From Camelus dromedarius (lineage: Eukaryota), in contig NC_087446.1 of NCBI RefSeq assembly GCF_036321535.1, forward strand, positions 56,110,001-56,174,000: 64,000 nucleotides of DNA, given 5' to 3'. A program made the position numbers and the translations under genes. Position 1 is the stretch's first letter. The number at the start of each line of letters is the position of its first letter. Under the pieces are notes generated by a model. That model did no database searches. It had not been told where the DNA came from and saw only the letters and a list, made by a program, of their open reading frames with translations. Shown here one piece after another: positions 1 to 12,060 of this stretch.

Positions 1-720
1 ACATGTTCTCACTCCAGCCGCCACCTCTTCACAGCCAACCTTCTAAAAGGAGTTGTCTCCACTCCACCTTCACTTCCTCTCCTCTCACACTTTCCTCAGC
101 CCATCACCATGTAGCTTCCATCTTCAAGGCCACCAGGAAAGTCCTTGCCTCCAAATTCAATGGACACATATCATCCTTACCCTGCTTGACCCCTCTAGAG
201 TCATCACACATAGTTTGCCATCCCATCTTAAAACATTTTCTTTCGCTGGCTTCCAGATGACTACCCCTGACCATTTCTTAGTTTCCTTTGCATTTTCACC
301 TTCCTCTGGCCCTCCCTCAGATGCTAAAGTCCCTCAGGGGTCTATTCCAGGGCCTCTTTCATTTGTGTTCTGCAACTCTCCCTGGACAATCTCACCGTTT
401 CCAAGGCTACATGTTGCTGACTCCTCCATCCCAGACCTCTCTCCTGAGCCCAGATCCATGCAACCACCTGCCTAATCTGGAAGTCTCACAGGACTTCACA
501 CTCAACAGGTCCAAAACTCAACAGGTCATGATCAGCCTCTCAAATGAGCTTTTCTTGTGTTCCCTGACTAGGTGAATGGCACCATCTCCTCAAACCTGAT
601 TCTAACTGATCTCCTGCCTCCTCATTCTTGATTTCTTGACTGATTTTTCTCCTTTTTATTTAATCTTCAAATGCTGTTACATCTTTCTCTCTCACTCTAA
701 AACATCAGCACAACACTAAA
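1..720 (+). mobile_element. LINE-2 fragment (reverse-transcriptase remnant)
   Basis: Translation KVPQGSIPGPLSF...LHVADSSI resembles the L2 RT motifs GVPQGSVLGPLLF and YADD; pyrimidine-rich L2-like flanks. Confidence 0.75.
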
Positions 721-789
721 ATCTGGATAAAGCTTCACTTTTTTCCTCTGGGCTATGTTGTAAAATTCTTTTCCTTAAAAACACTTTTA

Positions 790-1340
790 AGGGGAAGTGG
801 TATCTTTACAATGGAGAAACAAAGTGGATACCATCTTACTCAAGTGCTCAAAGCTAACATCACTAGTAATGGGGCAGACAGATATTGTGGGCCTCCTCAC
901 ATGAGGCATGGAAAAGCGCTCAACATCACTTATGTGATATTTCTACCCAAAATGCATAACCGGAATTTAATCATGAGGAAAAGATACACCTAAATTGAGG
1001 ATCATTCTACAAAACCGTGTAATCTGTCATTTTTTAAAATGTCAGTGTCAGAAAATTAAACAAAGACCAAGAAACTGTTCCAGACTGAAGGAAACTAGAG
1101 ACATTATATCCAAAAGGAACATGTGAACTCAAATTGGTTCCAGGATACAGAAGAAAAAAACCTGCTACAAAGAACGTTATTGGAAGAACTGGTGTAATCT
1201 GACCATGAATGGCCTCGCAAACACTAGAATTCTTCTATCAGTGCTACAATTCCCAAATCTGAGCATCGCATCATAGTTATATAAGAGGATGTTCTTATTC
1301 TTAGAAAACCTATGCTGAAACATTTAGCAGTAAAGCAGCA
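790..1340 (+). mobile_element. Ancient L1M (L1ME/MC-like) 3' fragment
   Basis: Typical L1M 3' text (aacatcactagtaatggg...taatcatgaggaaa...attctacaaaa...gaaactgttccagactgaaggaaactagagac); boundaries approximate. Confidence 0.6.
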
Positions 1341-1399
1341 TGATATATGCACTCACTCTCAGCCAGAAGACAAGACGGTCTGTACCCATGAGCATTTTT

Positions 1400-1580
1400 A
1401 GAAAAATAACAGCTTTATTGAGGTATGATTCACATACCACAAAGCTCACCCTTTTAAAGTGTACAATTCAGTGGTTTTTAGTATCTTCATGAAGTTGTGC
1501 ATCGATCATAGTATTTAATTCCAGCACATTTTCATCACTCCAAAAAGAAACCCATACCTATTTGCAGTCACACCCCTTGC
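1400..1580 (-). mobile_element. L1MB-like 3' end
   Basis: ctttattgaggtatgattcacataccac...aaagtgtacaattcagtggtttttagtat is the reverse complement of an L1M 3' terminus. Confidence 0.65.
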
Positions 1581-2469
1581 AGTTTTTTAAAAACTGGAAA
1601 AGATGAAAAAAGTCTTCAAAATATTAAATGTGGTTATTTCTGGGTATTGGAATTATAGATGATTTTCACTTTCTTACTTATATACTTCCATATTTTTATA
1701 ATTGTATATAATTCCACTGACTCACGTAATTAAAATAAAGGTTATTTTCAAGCAACATAAAAGATTAAGGAGGAATGAAGGGGCAACAAGAACTCCAAAT
1801 TACAAATCGCCAGGTTTAAGGAGTGACCCTATTACATCCCATGGTTTTGCAAGGTCTCAATCCACCAACATCTAACAGGTTCTACCAGGTGACAAAGGTA
1901 GTCACAGACTGCTCATTTCTACCATGCAACCCAGTTGGCCCTCAGAGAAAGGAACTGGTTCGGTGAGTTCAGCACACACTGACCAGTAGCTGTTGCCTGG
2001 CACTACCCCACATGCTGTGTCTGACTTGTGAGCTCCAGCTAACAGGCCAGGAGGGAGGCCGGCATGTTAAATAAAGGCTAGTTAACTCTGCTCAACTGGC
2101 CCAGGGCAGCCTTCAAAGACAAAACACTCCAGATCTCCTTAAGGAGATACAGAGCTGGTGCAGGAAAAGACTAATCAGTAATCATTGCAATACTTTCTGA
2201 AGAAGTGATGGGGTGGGCCTGAGGGAAAAGTGTGCCTAGGAAACCCAGGAAGGTCACACAGGAGGAGGCCTGCCTGAGGGCAAAGGGATTAGGGCAGTCA
2301 CTTCTTAAAGCACTTCCAGCCAGGCTTATTGTTAGAAAGGGAAAATACTGACCTCCATGCTGTCTACCTATTAACAAACCCCACTGACTCACGATGAAAA
2401 TATTTTCCCATAGGGCATAACTTTTGCTCTAAAAAAAGTTGAACAATAAATGAAAAACTAAGAGAAAGT

Positions 2470-3260
2470 ATTTCAAAAGCATATGACAAGTGAAAAGTTA
2501 ATATAACATAAAGATTTCTATCAATCAAAACAGACAAATGATCTACTTTTTTCCTTAACAGGCAAAAGATGTGAACAGGCAGTTTATGAAAACAATTAAA
2601 ATGGTCAAAAAGCAAGAGATGCTCAACTTCACTATTAATGACATGCAAATTAAAATGATGAAATTACTATTTTTCACCTATCAAATTGGCAACTGTATAA
2701 AAAATTCATGGCATCCAGTATTGCCAAGGTTGTAGGAAATGGGGACATTCACACATGGCTCTGAGTGTGTAAATTGTTACAAACTTTAGAAATCAGATTT
2801 CAAAAAATCTATTAAAATTTAAAATGTACACATCCTATCTACAACTCTATATAAATACAAAAAGATAACTATATGAGGATGTTCATTACAGCATTGCTTA
2901 TGAAACAAACAAAAAAAACCCTGGAATTAACCTAAATGTTCATGAGGATGGGTCTAGATAAATTAAAATACAATAGATGGAATACCATACAACGATTTTT
3001 TAAACGTGAAATGACTTAGAAGATGTATAAAATACACTTGTGATATGCGCTGCTCAAAAATACGTTCTGGATGAAAAAAAATTTTTTAATGAACACAGAA
3101 AAAAGCCTGGAGGTATATACACCAAACTGATAAAAGTGAGGTATGATTCACTTCAGGAGCACGGAATAATAGATGGGGGAACTAAACATTTTTTGCTTAT
3201 TCTTTTGTATTGTGTGGATTTATTAAAAATAAGCATAAGCTAATTTTTTTTAATTAAAGA
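2470..3260 (+). mobile_element. L1ME-like ORF2 end / 3' UTR fragment
   Basis: AT-rich L1M text (aaaatgatgaaattactatttttcacctatcaaattggca; atgttcattacagcattgcttat); boundaries approximate. Confidence 0.6.
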
Positions 3261-4649
3261 TTTCTGATGCTCTGTCTCCATTTCCTCTGTTCAAGGACGA
3301 TCTTAAGAGCACAAGGAATTACTGTCAACTGCTCAAAAAATGGAGTGTTCAGGGAAATGAAATCTATGTACAAAAAGTGGCTGCGAATTCTTGTCTTCTT
3401 TCATAAATAAAGATTGTTTTTCTTTTGGTATCTCCATTAATCCCCTCAAACAACCTGACAGCACCAACAGAAGATGGAACCTAAATAGAATAGACATCTC
3501 TTTCCATCGAGTGCACTAATGTACATCCCATCATAAGCAGTACCCCTCCTTAATAGCTAAAGTTGAGAACAGAATTTAAAGAAAGGCTCAATTTAAAGAA
3601 AGGTGATGCAGCGTAGCCGGGCCCACGGGCCACGCTGCATCACCAAGTCTCCAATGAGACTAGTCTCCTACTGAGGGGAGTCCTATGGCTGTTTCCAGGC
3701 AAGGAGACCAACATTAGATGCTGGACTGTCTGGAAAAACAGCTGAAGCGACATAAAGAAACCAGATGGCTTCAGGGTACGCGGACCATGTCAGGGCATCT
3801 GTTTCCAGACTAGGGTTGAGTGGACACGGCAGGACCGTGCAAAAAAAGTTAACTCCCCTCCCCACGGACGCGGCGGCCCTCGCGCTCCGCAGATCTGGGC
3901 CTGATGGGAAAAGTCGGGTGAAGATGACCTCGACCGTTACGTGAAAAGGCCTGGTACGAACTGTTCTGGCTCTATTTAGGGCTCCAGACTAGAAGCGACA
4001 GGGAGAACATCTGGGAGGAACGGAGAGTGACGGCGCTTCTTCGGGTAGTCCTAACCAGCTCACATAGCAAAATTGGTCACCGAAAGTTCAGCCTAGAAAC
4101 ATAGGGCCCTAGTTCCTGCCCTCAACCAAGATGGCCGCTGGGGCGCGTGCGCATCACGGCGCAGGCGCCATGCCGCCGGCTTCCCCCCGCCCCCATCCCA
4201 TCCTTCCGCGCGCCGGACCGCCCACTCACCAGCTGCACTCCCTTGCTGCGCCCTCAGCCTCACCCCCCCCCGAGTCTAGGTGCCCCCGCCCGTCCAGGCT
4301 CCCGAGCCCGGAAGTGGATAGTACTGCTCAGGCGAGAGGGCTAGGGGGGGAGGGGGAAGTGCTTCCGGGGAAACGGGCCCCGGGTTGGTGTTTGTAAACT
4401 TGCCTCGGTCCCGGCGGGGGCAGCGGTGGCCACGGGGTTGGCACGGCGTGCTGGGGCCTGGAGGAGTCGCCGCGCGGCGAGAGAGACAGCGGAAGGCCGC
4501 GCCTGGCAGGTAGGAGCACGCCCCAGTGAGCGCAGCGTCGTCCGGGCAGACGGCAGCGCTTCAGCAGCCAGCAGGCCGTGGGGCGCCGAGCGGGAAGGGG
4601 GAGGGGAGGGGAGGAGGGGCTCGTGGCCAAGAGAAGGGGCTCGCGGGGA

Positions 4650-4768
4650 GGGGTAGGGGCCGCGCGCGCACCGCGGCCTGGCCGCGTCACCAGCAGGGTA
4701 GAGGGGGACTTGCTCGGAGGCGACGCGGGCGCGAGCACGCACCTTGCGCGCTCTTCTGCTCTCTCAGG
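4650..4768 (+). other. ZNF740: Probable ZNF740 non-coding exon 1 (5' end uncertain)
   Basis: Donor CAGG|GTGCGT at 4768/4769 inside the CpG island, upstream of the exon-2 acceptor at 5351. Confidence 0.45.
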
Positions 4769-4790
4769 GTGCGTGTGCGGCGGGCGCAGG

Positions 4791-4830
4791 GGCTGGCTGG
4801 CTGGCTGGCTGGCGGGCGGGCGGGCGGGAG
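4791..4830 (+). repeat. Compound tetranucleotide (GGCT)5(GGCG)4
   Basis: Read directly. Confidence 0.9.
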
Positions 4831-4902
4831 GGAAGGTGGGAGGGAACGCGCAACGCTGGGCTTCGCCTGTCTGCCTTCCACCTCCGGAGCGAGTTTACGT
4901 AC

Positions 4903-5000
4903 CTTCGGGCGGATTTGGAGAACGCGCACGTGTGGGCTGGCCCGGGCGCGTACTGCCAGTGCGGTTTCTGTCAGCTGCCCAAGCACCAGGCGATAGCTCC
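4903..5000 (-). other. CSAD: Candidate CSAD non-coding first exon (coding exons lie left of the window)
   Basis: Minus-strand donors AAG|GTACGT (4903/4902) and AAG|GTGCGT (4743/4742); gene identity comes only from conserved CSAD-ZNF740-ITGB7 order. Confidence 0.35.
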
Positions 5001-5351
5001 TGAGCTTTTCTCCACCCTACTTCTGGCATTCTTAATAGAGTGCGAGCTTCGCGGGCCGGCCCACTGGACACAAAAGCTCCAAAGGGCCTCCGCCCCCTTC
5101 CAGTTCTAAGATGGCATACCCAAGCAGTTGGCCTGGTGCGGTTCCTCCACCAGAGGCCCCAGTTACTTTTGCTCCTGTTGGCTACCTTGACACGTTTCTT
5201 CTCTTGACCTAGAAAGAAAACTCTACGGGACTGACGTCTTTCTGAGTGGCACAGAGAGCTCCTGGCAAAAAGAAAAAAAGTTCAGCCCACTACAGGTTGT
5301 ATGGCCTGAGGATGTTACATCTAACGGCCCCGTCTCCCTTTCTAGTTTCAG

Positions 5352-5657
5352 GTTTCCGAAACAGATCGTGAACTACATCCAGAGAATTCAGCTGGAAAAC
5401 CAAGACTGGCAGACTCTTTCTTTGAACAATAGGCAGGAGCCAGGCAGAGTCCAAGGATTCTTGGAACATCTATCTTACCTTTGGAGGACACTAAGTTCTA
5501 TTTGAAGACAAAGGCAGTTCAATATGGCAGCAGGACTGAAAGGACACGAAGGAGTTGTTGCGTTGATTTGGTGACAGTTCTTCAAACAACAGTGTCTTAA
5601 GGAAAGGTGGATCAAGAAACTCCTGAACTTTTGGGTTGCATTAAGTGAGAAGTCAGC
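5352..5657 (+). other. ZNF740: ZNF740 5' UTR part of exon 2
   Basis: Acceptor ctttctagtttcag|G at 5351/5352; runs into the ATG at 5658. Confidence 0.6.
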
Positions 5658-5666
5658 ATGGCTCAG
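5658..5666 (+). CDS. ZNF740: ZNF740 first coding segment (MAQ)
   Basis: agcATGGCTCAG|gtaaaa; matches the MAQ start of ZNF740. Confidence 0.75.
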
Positions 5667-5984
5667 GTAAAAAGCTCTAGAGTCCTCCTTCAAGNNNNNN
5701 NNNNNNNNNNNNNNNNNNNNNNNNNNNNNNNNNNNNNNNNNNNNNNNNNNNNNNNNNNNNNNNNNNNNNNNNNNNNNNNNNNNNNNNNNNNNNNNNNNNN
5801 NNNNNNNNNNNNNNNNNNNNNNNNNNNNNNNNNNNNNNNNNNNNNNNNNNNNNNNNNNNNNNNNNNNNNNNNNNNNNNNNNCAGGCCCTGATGGGACATT
5901 TGCAAAGCAACATGTACTCAGTTTACATTTGGTACATTAACTCAGTGACGGTCATGAGGGAGTGAACAGTTTGGTGAATGCTTC

Positions 5985-6720
5985 ATTTGTTTTTTTCAAC
6001 AGGAATTTATTGAGCTCCTGTTATCTGCAAGGCATTGTGCTGGGGATACAAAGATGAATAAAATTGTCCCTGTCCCCAGCAAGCTTCCAGGCTAGTTGGG
6101 GTGGAGTGGGGGGAGATGGAGAAACAGTCTATTATTTATCTTTATATTCAGAACACTTTGTGTAGTGTAGTGGCTGGCCAGTAGTAGAGACTCAGTGAAT
6201 CTGCTGATTGAAAGAATGTGCAATAATAGAGGTATGTATACATGTCAGAGGAGGGGATGAGCCTTCTGCCTGGACGAAAAAAGAAGATGAAATTTGGAAG
6301 GGTGCACAGGATTCTGCTAGATAACCAAGCAGAACAGAGAATTTGGACAAAAGAACTGCATAGGCAGAGGCTTAGGCATGGGAGAATGATGAGGTTAGGA
6401 GTACTGCAGGTAGTTTGCTAGTTAAGGAGGAAAGGATTTAAATAGGGGATGGTTAGGGGAATGTGATAGGTAATAATAGATGGGAACGTTAGGCTGAGGG
6501 AGTTGTTTCCTGGAGAAGTAAGCAGAGTGTGACTCAAGAACCTTTTATGCCTTGATGAGGAATTAGACTTTCTTCTATAGGGAATGGGAACTTTCTGAAG
6601 AATCTTAAGCAGTTGAGTGACGTCAGAACAGTGTATTTGGATGGTAATTACCATTGTAGGGATACAGGATGGATTGGAGAGACAGGACAACTTGATAGAT
6701 TATTGTTGTCATCTGGGTAA
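5985..6720 (-). mobile_element. LINE-2 3' fragment
   Basis: Reverse L2 tail (ttcaacaggaatttattgagctcc...gcattgtgctggggatac). Confidence 0.65.
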
Positions 6721-6969
6721 AAGAGCTATATGCATACATCCGCAGAACTTCTCCCAGCTTTCTTCCAGGGACCTTCCCCTACCAGTCTCACCAGGATGGC
6801 AGCTTGATTACAGTAGAACTGGCTTTCTTCCAGCTGCATGCATAGCTTCCTTCTTTCCAGGCAGAGTAGGAGCCCTTCAGTTTCTTCTTCCTTTATCTGT
6901 TTGCAACCCACTTCACAGCATCATGTTCACTCTTGCTCTGAGAAGATTGCCTTTTACTAATTGCTAACT

Positions 6970-7160
6970 TTGTACTGGACACTGCTAAGCATTTTATAAT
7001 CTTAGTTTCATTTTCATCAATCCTATGGGCATAGATACCATGATAAACATTTTGCATATGAGGAAACTGAGGCTTAAAGAGGTGATGTAATTTGCCCAAG
7101 GTTATACAATGCAAACAGCAGAATTAAGTTTTTTATCTGCAGACCTTTCAGTCCAAAGTT
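6970..7160 (-). mobile_element. MIR SINE
   Basis: MIR core atgaggaaactgaggcttaaagaggtgatgtaatttgcccaaggt. Confidence 0.8.
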
Positions 7161-8561
7161 CTGGAAGGTGAGAGAGGGGGCCCCAGGGGTCCCAGGATAT
7201 ACTGATCCCCTAAAAGGCATTTTTTTTATAAATTGCTTATGGAAGTTTGCTCACCAACTGTTTCTTAAAAGTGTTGTTTTTTTCAGCAAGAAAATTATAT
7301 TTTATAGTGCTGGCTAAACCAAGTCAGTTTGAAGAATGTAGCAGTGAAAAGAGGAAATTTTCCTAAAATCCCTTGCTTAAGTAATTTTTAAATTATGGAG
7401 CAGGGAATGTGGAAAAAGATGGGTATGCACATATATAAATGGCTGGGGGGAGAGAGTGTCAAAGAAAAATTGTATATTCAACTCCAGAATCCTTCGAAGT
7501 GGTTTAATTTTTATATCTTATAATTGACAACACTTAGGGAATTTAAAATCTAAAGGGAGAAGTGACCTAATTTTACTGATAAACATATTTATGGGAACTG
7601 GTAGAATATACATTTAGCACCAGTGAGGTCTGGCAACCAGAAGTGGGCTCTGTGATGCTGAGTGCCATTAAGAGAGGAAGAAGGAAGTTCCCCTGGAAAT
7701 CTCCCATTTCAGTAGTTCAACAGGACAGACCCTTGTGCCTGCATACAAGACCTAGAAATACTTCAGAGTAATATGTAGACACACACTCTGTAACTAGCAC
7801 AGTGCTAATGACAAAAGTGTCAATGACATTTGATTATTCACTTGATCTATATTTGAATGCTGACAGATGACAAAATGAGTAACTAGTTCCTGGTGAGATG
7901 AGTTGGGGAGGACTCTTGAAGGAAACAGGGTTTTTTGGTGAGGAGGGATGCTCCCTAGAGAGAAGCATTGTGTTCAAGCTGGGTGTGAANNNNNNNNNNN
8001 NNNNNNNNNNNNNNNNNNNNNNNNNNNNNNNNNNNNNNNNNNNNNNNNNNNNNNNNNNNNNNNNNNNNNNNNNNNNNNNNNNNNNNNNNNNNNNNNNNNN
8101 NNNNNNNNNNNNNNNNNNNNNNNNNNNNNNNNNNNNNNNNNNNNNNNNNNNNNNNNNNNNNNNNNNNNNNNNNNNNNNNNNNNNNNNNNNNNNNNNNNNN
8201 NNNNNNNNNNNNNNNNNNNNNNNNNCGCTGGAGTCCATTGCGGCACCTGGGGGTCGGGTGGCCCGAGCTCGCTGCCAGGAGATGCCAAGCTTTGATTCCT
8301 CAGTGCTTCTGTTTAGGGATGTGGGAAAAGGGGATCCAGCTGGGGAATGAATGAATGAATGAATGTGGGTCTTTTAGAGAATACAGAAAATACTTCAACT
8401 CCTTAAAATCAGGGTACTTGAAGAGGAAATGGCTGAGTATTTTCTCTAAACCTTTGGGCAGGTGGTTTATTCTCATTTATAAGTTGTCGCAAAGCAGCTT
8501 TCGGCCTCCTGTCTTGTGTTTGGAGATGGACTGGGAATTTAGGTTTGATTTGTATTCAAAG

Positions 8562-8651
8562 GGCCACCGAAAGGACAGCGATAAGTCCCGGAGCCGCAAA
8601 GACGATGACAGCTTGGCTGAGGCCTCTCATTCAAAAAAGACTGTTAAAAAG
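8562..8651 (+). CDS. ZNF740: ZNF740 coding exon (GHRKDSDKSRSRKDDDSLAEASHSKKTVKK)
   Basis: Peptide near-identical to human ZNF740; acceptor ttcaaag|; frame with next exon requires the GC donor at 8652. Confidence 0.9.
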
Positions 8652-9111
8652 GCAGGTAATGGGGTAATCCCCAAACTGGTACAGATTGGTAATAGGGTAA
8701 TCCTCCTCTTTCTTTCTTCTCTGGCCCAACTGGAGTTTTCCCTAGATGTTTTGCTCCCTCATAGCCATGAGTGTGTCACCCTTATTCCACTCAGAAACCA
8801 CTTTGGTAATTCATCTCTGCTCTCTCTGGAACATCCTTGTTAAGGGAAGGAGGGTTAGGGGAGCGTGAGGTCCTGTGGCAAAGGGGCAGGCAGACTACCT
8901 CTCAGGTGTATTCATAGTGTTGAGTTTGACACAGCAGACAGCTTACTCACCCCACCTCCTTCCTCAGAAGGTCTCTTAACTCGAAGAGATATGGGAGATG
9001 ATAGCAAAAGAGAGGTTAATTTGTCCAGCAGCTGAAAATAGACCCAGAGGAGAATGGGGCAAGAAGGAGCAGAGGGATGGCCTCATGACATACCTGACTC
9101 TTGCCCCCTAG

Positions 9112-9235
9112 GTGGTGGTAGTGGAACAAAATGGTTCCTTTCAAGTAAAGATTCCCAAAAATTTTGTTTGTGAACACTGCTTTGGAGCCTTTAGGAGCAG
9201 TTACCACCTCAAGAGGCACATCCTTATTCATACTG
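9112..9235 (+). CDS. ZNF740: ZNF740 coding exon, C2H2 finger 1 (VVVVEQNGSFQVKIPKNFVCEHCFGAFRSSYHLKRHILIHT)
   Basis: cccctag| acceptor, |gtaagt donor, CxxC...HxxxH finger. Confidence 0.95.
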
Positions 9236-9528
9236 GTAAGTCTTGCTTACATTCAAAGGGGGAGGATAGTCTATAGTTTGTATTATGTCTGTATAGCTCT
9301 TATTGGGTTTATTTTAAGGGATAAATACTGGAAATAGAGGAAGAAGGTAAGTGAATGAGGCAGAGAGAGTGTATGTATCTATTGTCACTGAGACCAGCAG
9401 CTTTGGGGACCCTTCCTCATTAGGTGTCTGCGCATTGCAAAAAGTTCCAAATTTCTGCGAAAATACTTGGAATGAGATCCCTGCCGTGTATACTCCCTGA
9501 CGTTAGCTTCTCTCTGCACCTGGGCCAG

Positions 9529-9647
9529 GTGAGAAGCCGTTTGAGTGTGATATATGTGATATGCGCTTCATCCAGAAGTATCACCTGGAGCGTCACAAGC
9601 GTGTGCACAGTGGTGAAAAGCCCTACCAGTGTGAACGGTGTCATCAG
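9529..9647 (+). CDS. ZNF740: ZNF740 coding exon, finger 2 and start of finger 3 ([40 protein letters not shown])
   Basis: ccag| acceptor, |gtaagc donor, phase matches the previous exon, GEKP linkers. Confidence 0.95.
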
Positions 9648-9834
9648 GTAAGCTCACATGTCATCCACTCACACCCACACACAAACTTTCTTCCCTGAGA
9701 ACCAGGGCCTGGCCCCACTCCCTGCCTGACGAGGGGCCGCCCTGCATTTCTGACCATAATGGAGTTAGTACTTCAGGGTGACGTGTATGTCTCTGGCCTT
9801 GTGCAGTTGATCATGGAGAGGGGCCATTAGAATA

Positions 9835-10040
9835 ATTGTAATAATGATAACAGCATTTCTTGAGTACTTACTCTGTGCCAGGCACAGTGAGAGCACATTT
9901 GACATTATTTTATTTCACCTTCACATTAACTCCATAAGGTAGCTGTGTTGTCCTCATTTCACACATGGGGAAATGGAGATTCAGAGAGGTTAAGTTTCCC
10001 AAGGACACAGCAGATCAGGGGCAGACGAGATTCAGTTGAA
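9835..10040 (-). mobile_element. MIR SINE
   Basis: gagtacttactctgtgccaggcac...gattcagagaggttaagtttcccaagg. Confidence 0.8.
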
Positions 10041-10359
10041 CATCAGAGCAGGTGCACTTTGGAGGAAGAGATACAATCTCTGCCCTGGGGGTCAGTATCT
10101 GATCTGATGAAAGTGTGAGAGCCAGGACCAAAACAAGACAAGAACAAGAGATGAGAAGTGATAATAACTAACACTTCCTGGATGCTTTGCTCTGTGCTCG
10201 TACATTGAATCTGCAAAACATTAGAATGAATGCTCCGTGAGACAGAGACTTTGTCCCTCTGGTCCTCCACTCCATCCTGCGCCTCAGGAACTGTACCTGT
10301 CTTGAGATAGATACTTAATAAACGTGTGATGAATGAAGCAGCCACTCTGTGAGTGGGTA

Positions 10360-10500
10360 CTTTAGCCCGTTTTACAGATGAGCATACAGATTCAGGACTG
10401 TTAGATAACTCGCTTAAGATCGCATAGCTACTCAGCACTTGAGCCAGGATTCAGACTTCAGAGCTTGCATTCTTAGCCCCTGTGCACTCATGTCATCTGT
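10360..10500 (-). mobile_element. MIR SINE
   Basis: cccgttttacagatgag...ttgagccaggattcagac. Confidence 0.6.
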
Positions 10501-12007
10501 GTCCATGCCAAGGGGATGTAGGATGGACATGTACCTCTCCTGTGTGAGGAAGACAGATCTAGTCAGTAGGTAANNNNNNNNNNNNNNNNNNNNNNNNNNN
10601 NNNNNNNNNNNNNNNNNNNNNNNNNNNNNNNNNNNNNNNNNNNNNNNNNNNNNNNNNNNNNNNNNNNNNNNNNNNNNNNNNNNNNNNNNNNNNNNNNNNN
10701 NNNNNNNNNNNNNNNNNNNNNNNNNNNNNAGTGATCAGAAGAATCTACCGAAGAGCGCACCCCCTCTGGTCTGATGGTCCCACCACCACCCCATCTGTAC
10801 CTGTCCCCCTCCTGGAGGAGTGGACCCAGGAAACCAGAAGAGTGCATCAGGGGACAGCGGGCCCTAGAGCTTCAGCTCTGTAAATAATCTGAGACTATGA
10901 GTATCTCGGGGAAGTTCCTCCAGCATTCCTGGGTAGGGAAGTTAGTCCCTGGACCCTTGGCTGAGGTCATAGGTGGGGACTCAAGGTACAGGACCAAGAC
11001 TGAAGTGTGGCTCCCACAACCTTGGACTCCAGCTGGCAGCTGAAATGGGAAAGATTGGGGAGAGGGATTTCTTTGTTCTGTTCTTGTTTTTGTTTATCCA
11101 AAAGCAGTTTCAGCAGGTGCAGTGTAGAAACAGGTAATATGGAAGTGTAGAGTCCTGGTCAAAGCAGGAGCTATGGCTGGTCCAGCCCTCCCCAAAATTG
11201 AGTTTTTAGTTGCAGTTGATCCTCAATGTTCCACAGCCCTGTACCTCACCTCCTGTTTGAAGGAGACTGGGATCAGGGATGGCAGCTGAGCTTACTTTGG
11301 CCTCCTTATACACTGTAGGGATAAAAAGAAGAACAGTGGGAGGAGCAGACAAGGGCTGGATCCAAGGAGAGTGGACAGGTACCTCTTATTTCCTTCGGGG
11401 AAGAGCAGGAGTTGTGGCCCTGGGTATTGTAATGGCCCATGCCACACTGGTACCTAATGGGGTCAGCTCAAGTGCCTTTTGGAGGAAACTTGGGTGTACA
11501 TGGCCCATGAAGCCCCTTTCCTTTCTCTCTCTGGGCAGTTGATCTTGGAGATAGTTTTTTGGCTACCTCGCTGATATGACTCCTAAGCTAGACAGAGATG
11601 TTGAGCAGGGAGTCATGGATGTCAAAGTGGGTTCTCTCCTTGTGCCCTCTTAGGAACAACCCAAGACTAGTCCCAAGCTGAGTAACAGCTGTTCAAGAAG
11701 CAAAGGAATTTGGTGTCCCCTGACATGACTGTTGAGCAGTGTGAGCTGTTCTCCCTGTCCAAGTCCTATCACTGTATTCAGGTAGAGGAGGTAGGGGTTT
11801 GGCCTTTGGTCCCAAAGAACAAGGTCTTGGCTTCCGTCTTGATGGCTGCCCCTACCCAACAAAGAACTGTTGGGGGCAGATGTGGGGGTGTGCTGCAGAG
11901 AAAAAACTGAGGAAGAAACCTAACATAGGTTTTATTCTTAACCAGATTCTTTGCTCCTCTCTGTTCCAACACCACCACCCTATCCGCCCCCAAGAAAGTG
12001 ATCAGGG

Positions 12008-12043
<36 letters not shown>

Positions 12044-12060
12044 GGTATGGTATGGTATGT
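12008..12060 (+). repeat. (GT)12 microsatellite followed by TATGG repeats
   Basis: Read directly. Confidence 0.9.

Larger units (their letters stand above)
3850..5110. promoter_or_regulatory. CpG island / bidirectional promoter of CSAD (-) and ZNF740 (+)
   Basis: CpG-dense, GC-rich; YY1-type CAAGATGGCCGC 4127-4138, NRF1-type GCGCGTGCGCA 4143-4153 and GCGCAGGCGC 4159-4168, ETS CCGGAAGTG 4308-4316. Confidence 0.85.

Noticed and set aside
4131-5109. Many overlapping 65-156 aa ORFs in the CSAD/ZNF740 island
   Set aside because: GC-content artefacts; no recognisable protein
7834-8350. ORFs containing X runs (also near 5658, 10563, 13501, 23871, 24655, 41442, 48316)
   Set aside because: Length comes from untranslatable N gaps
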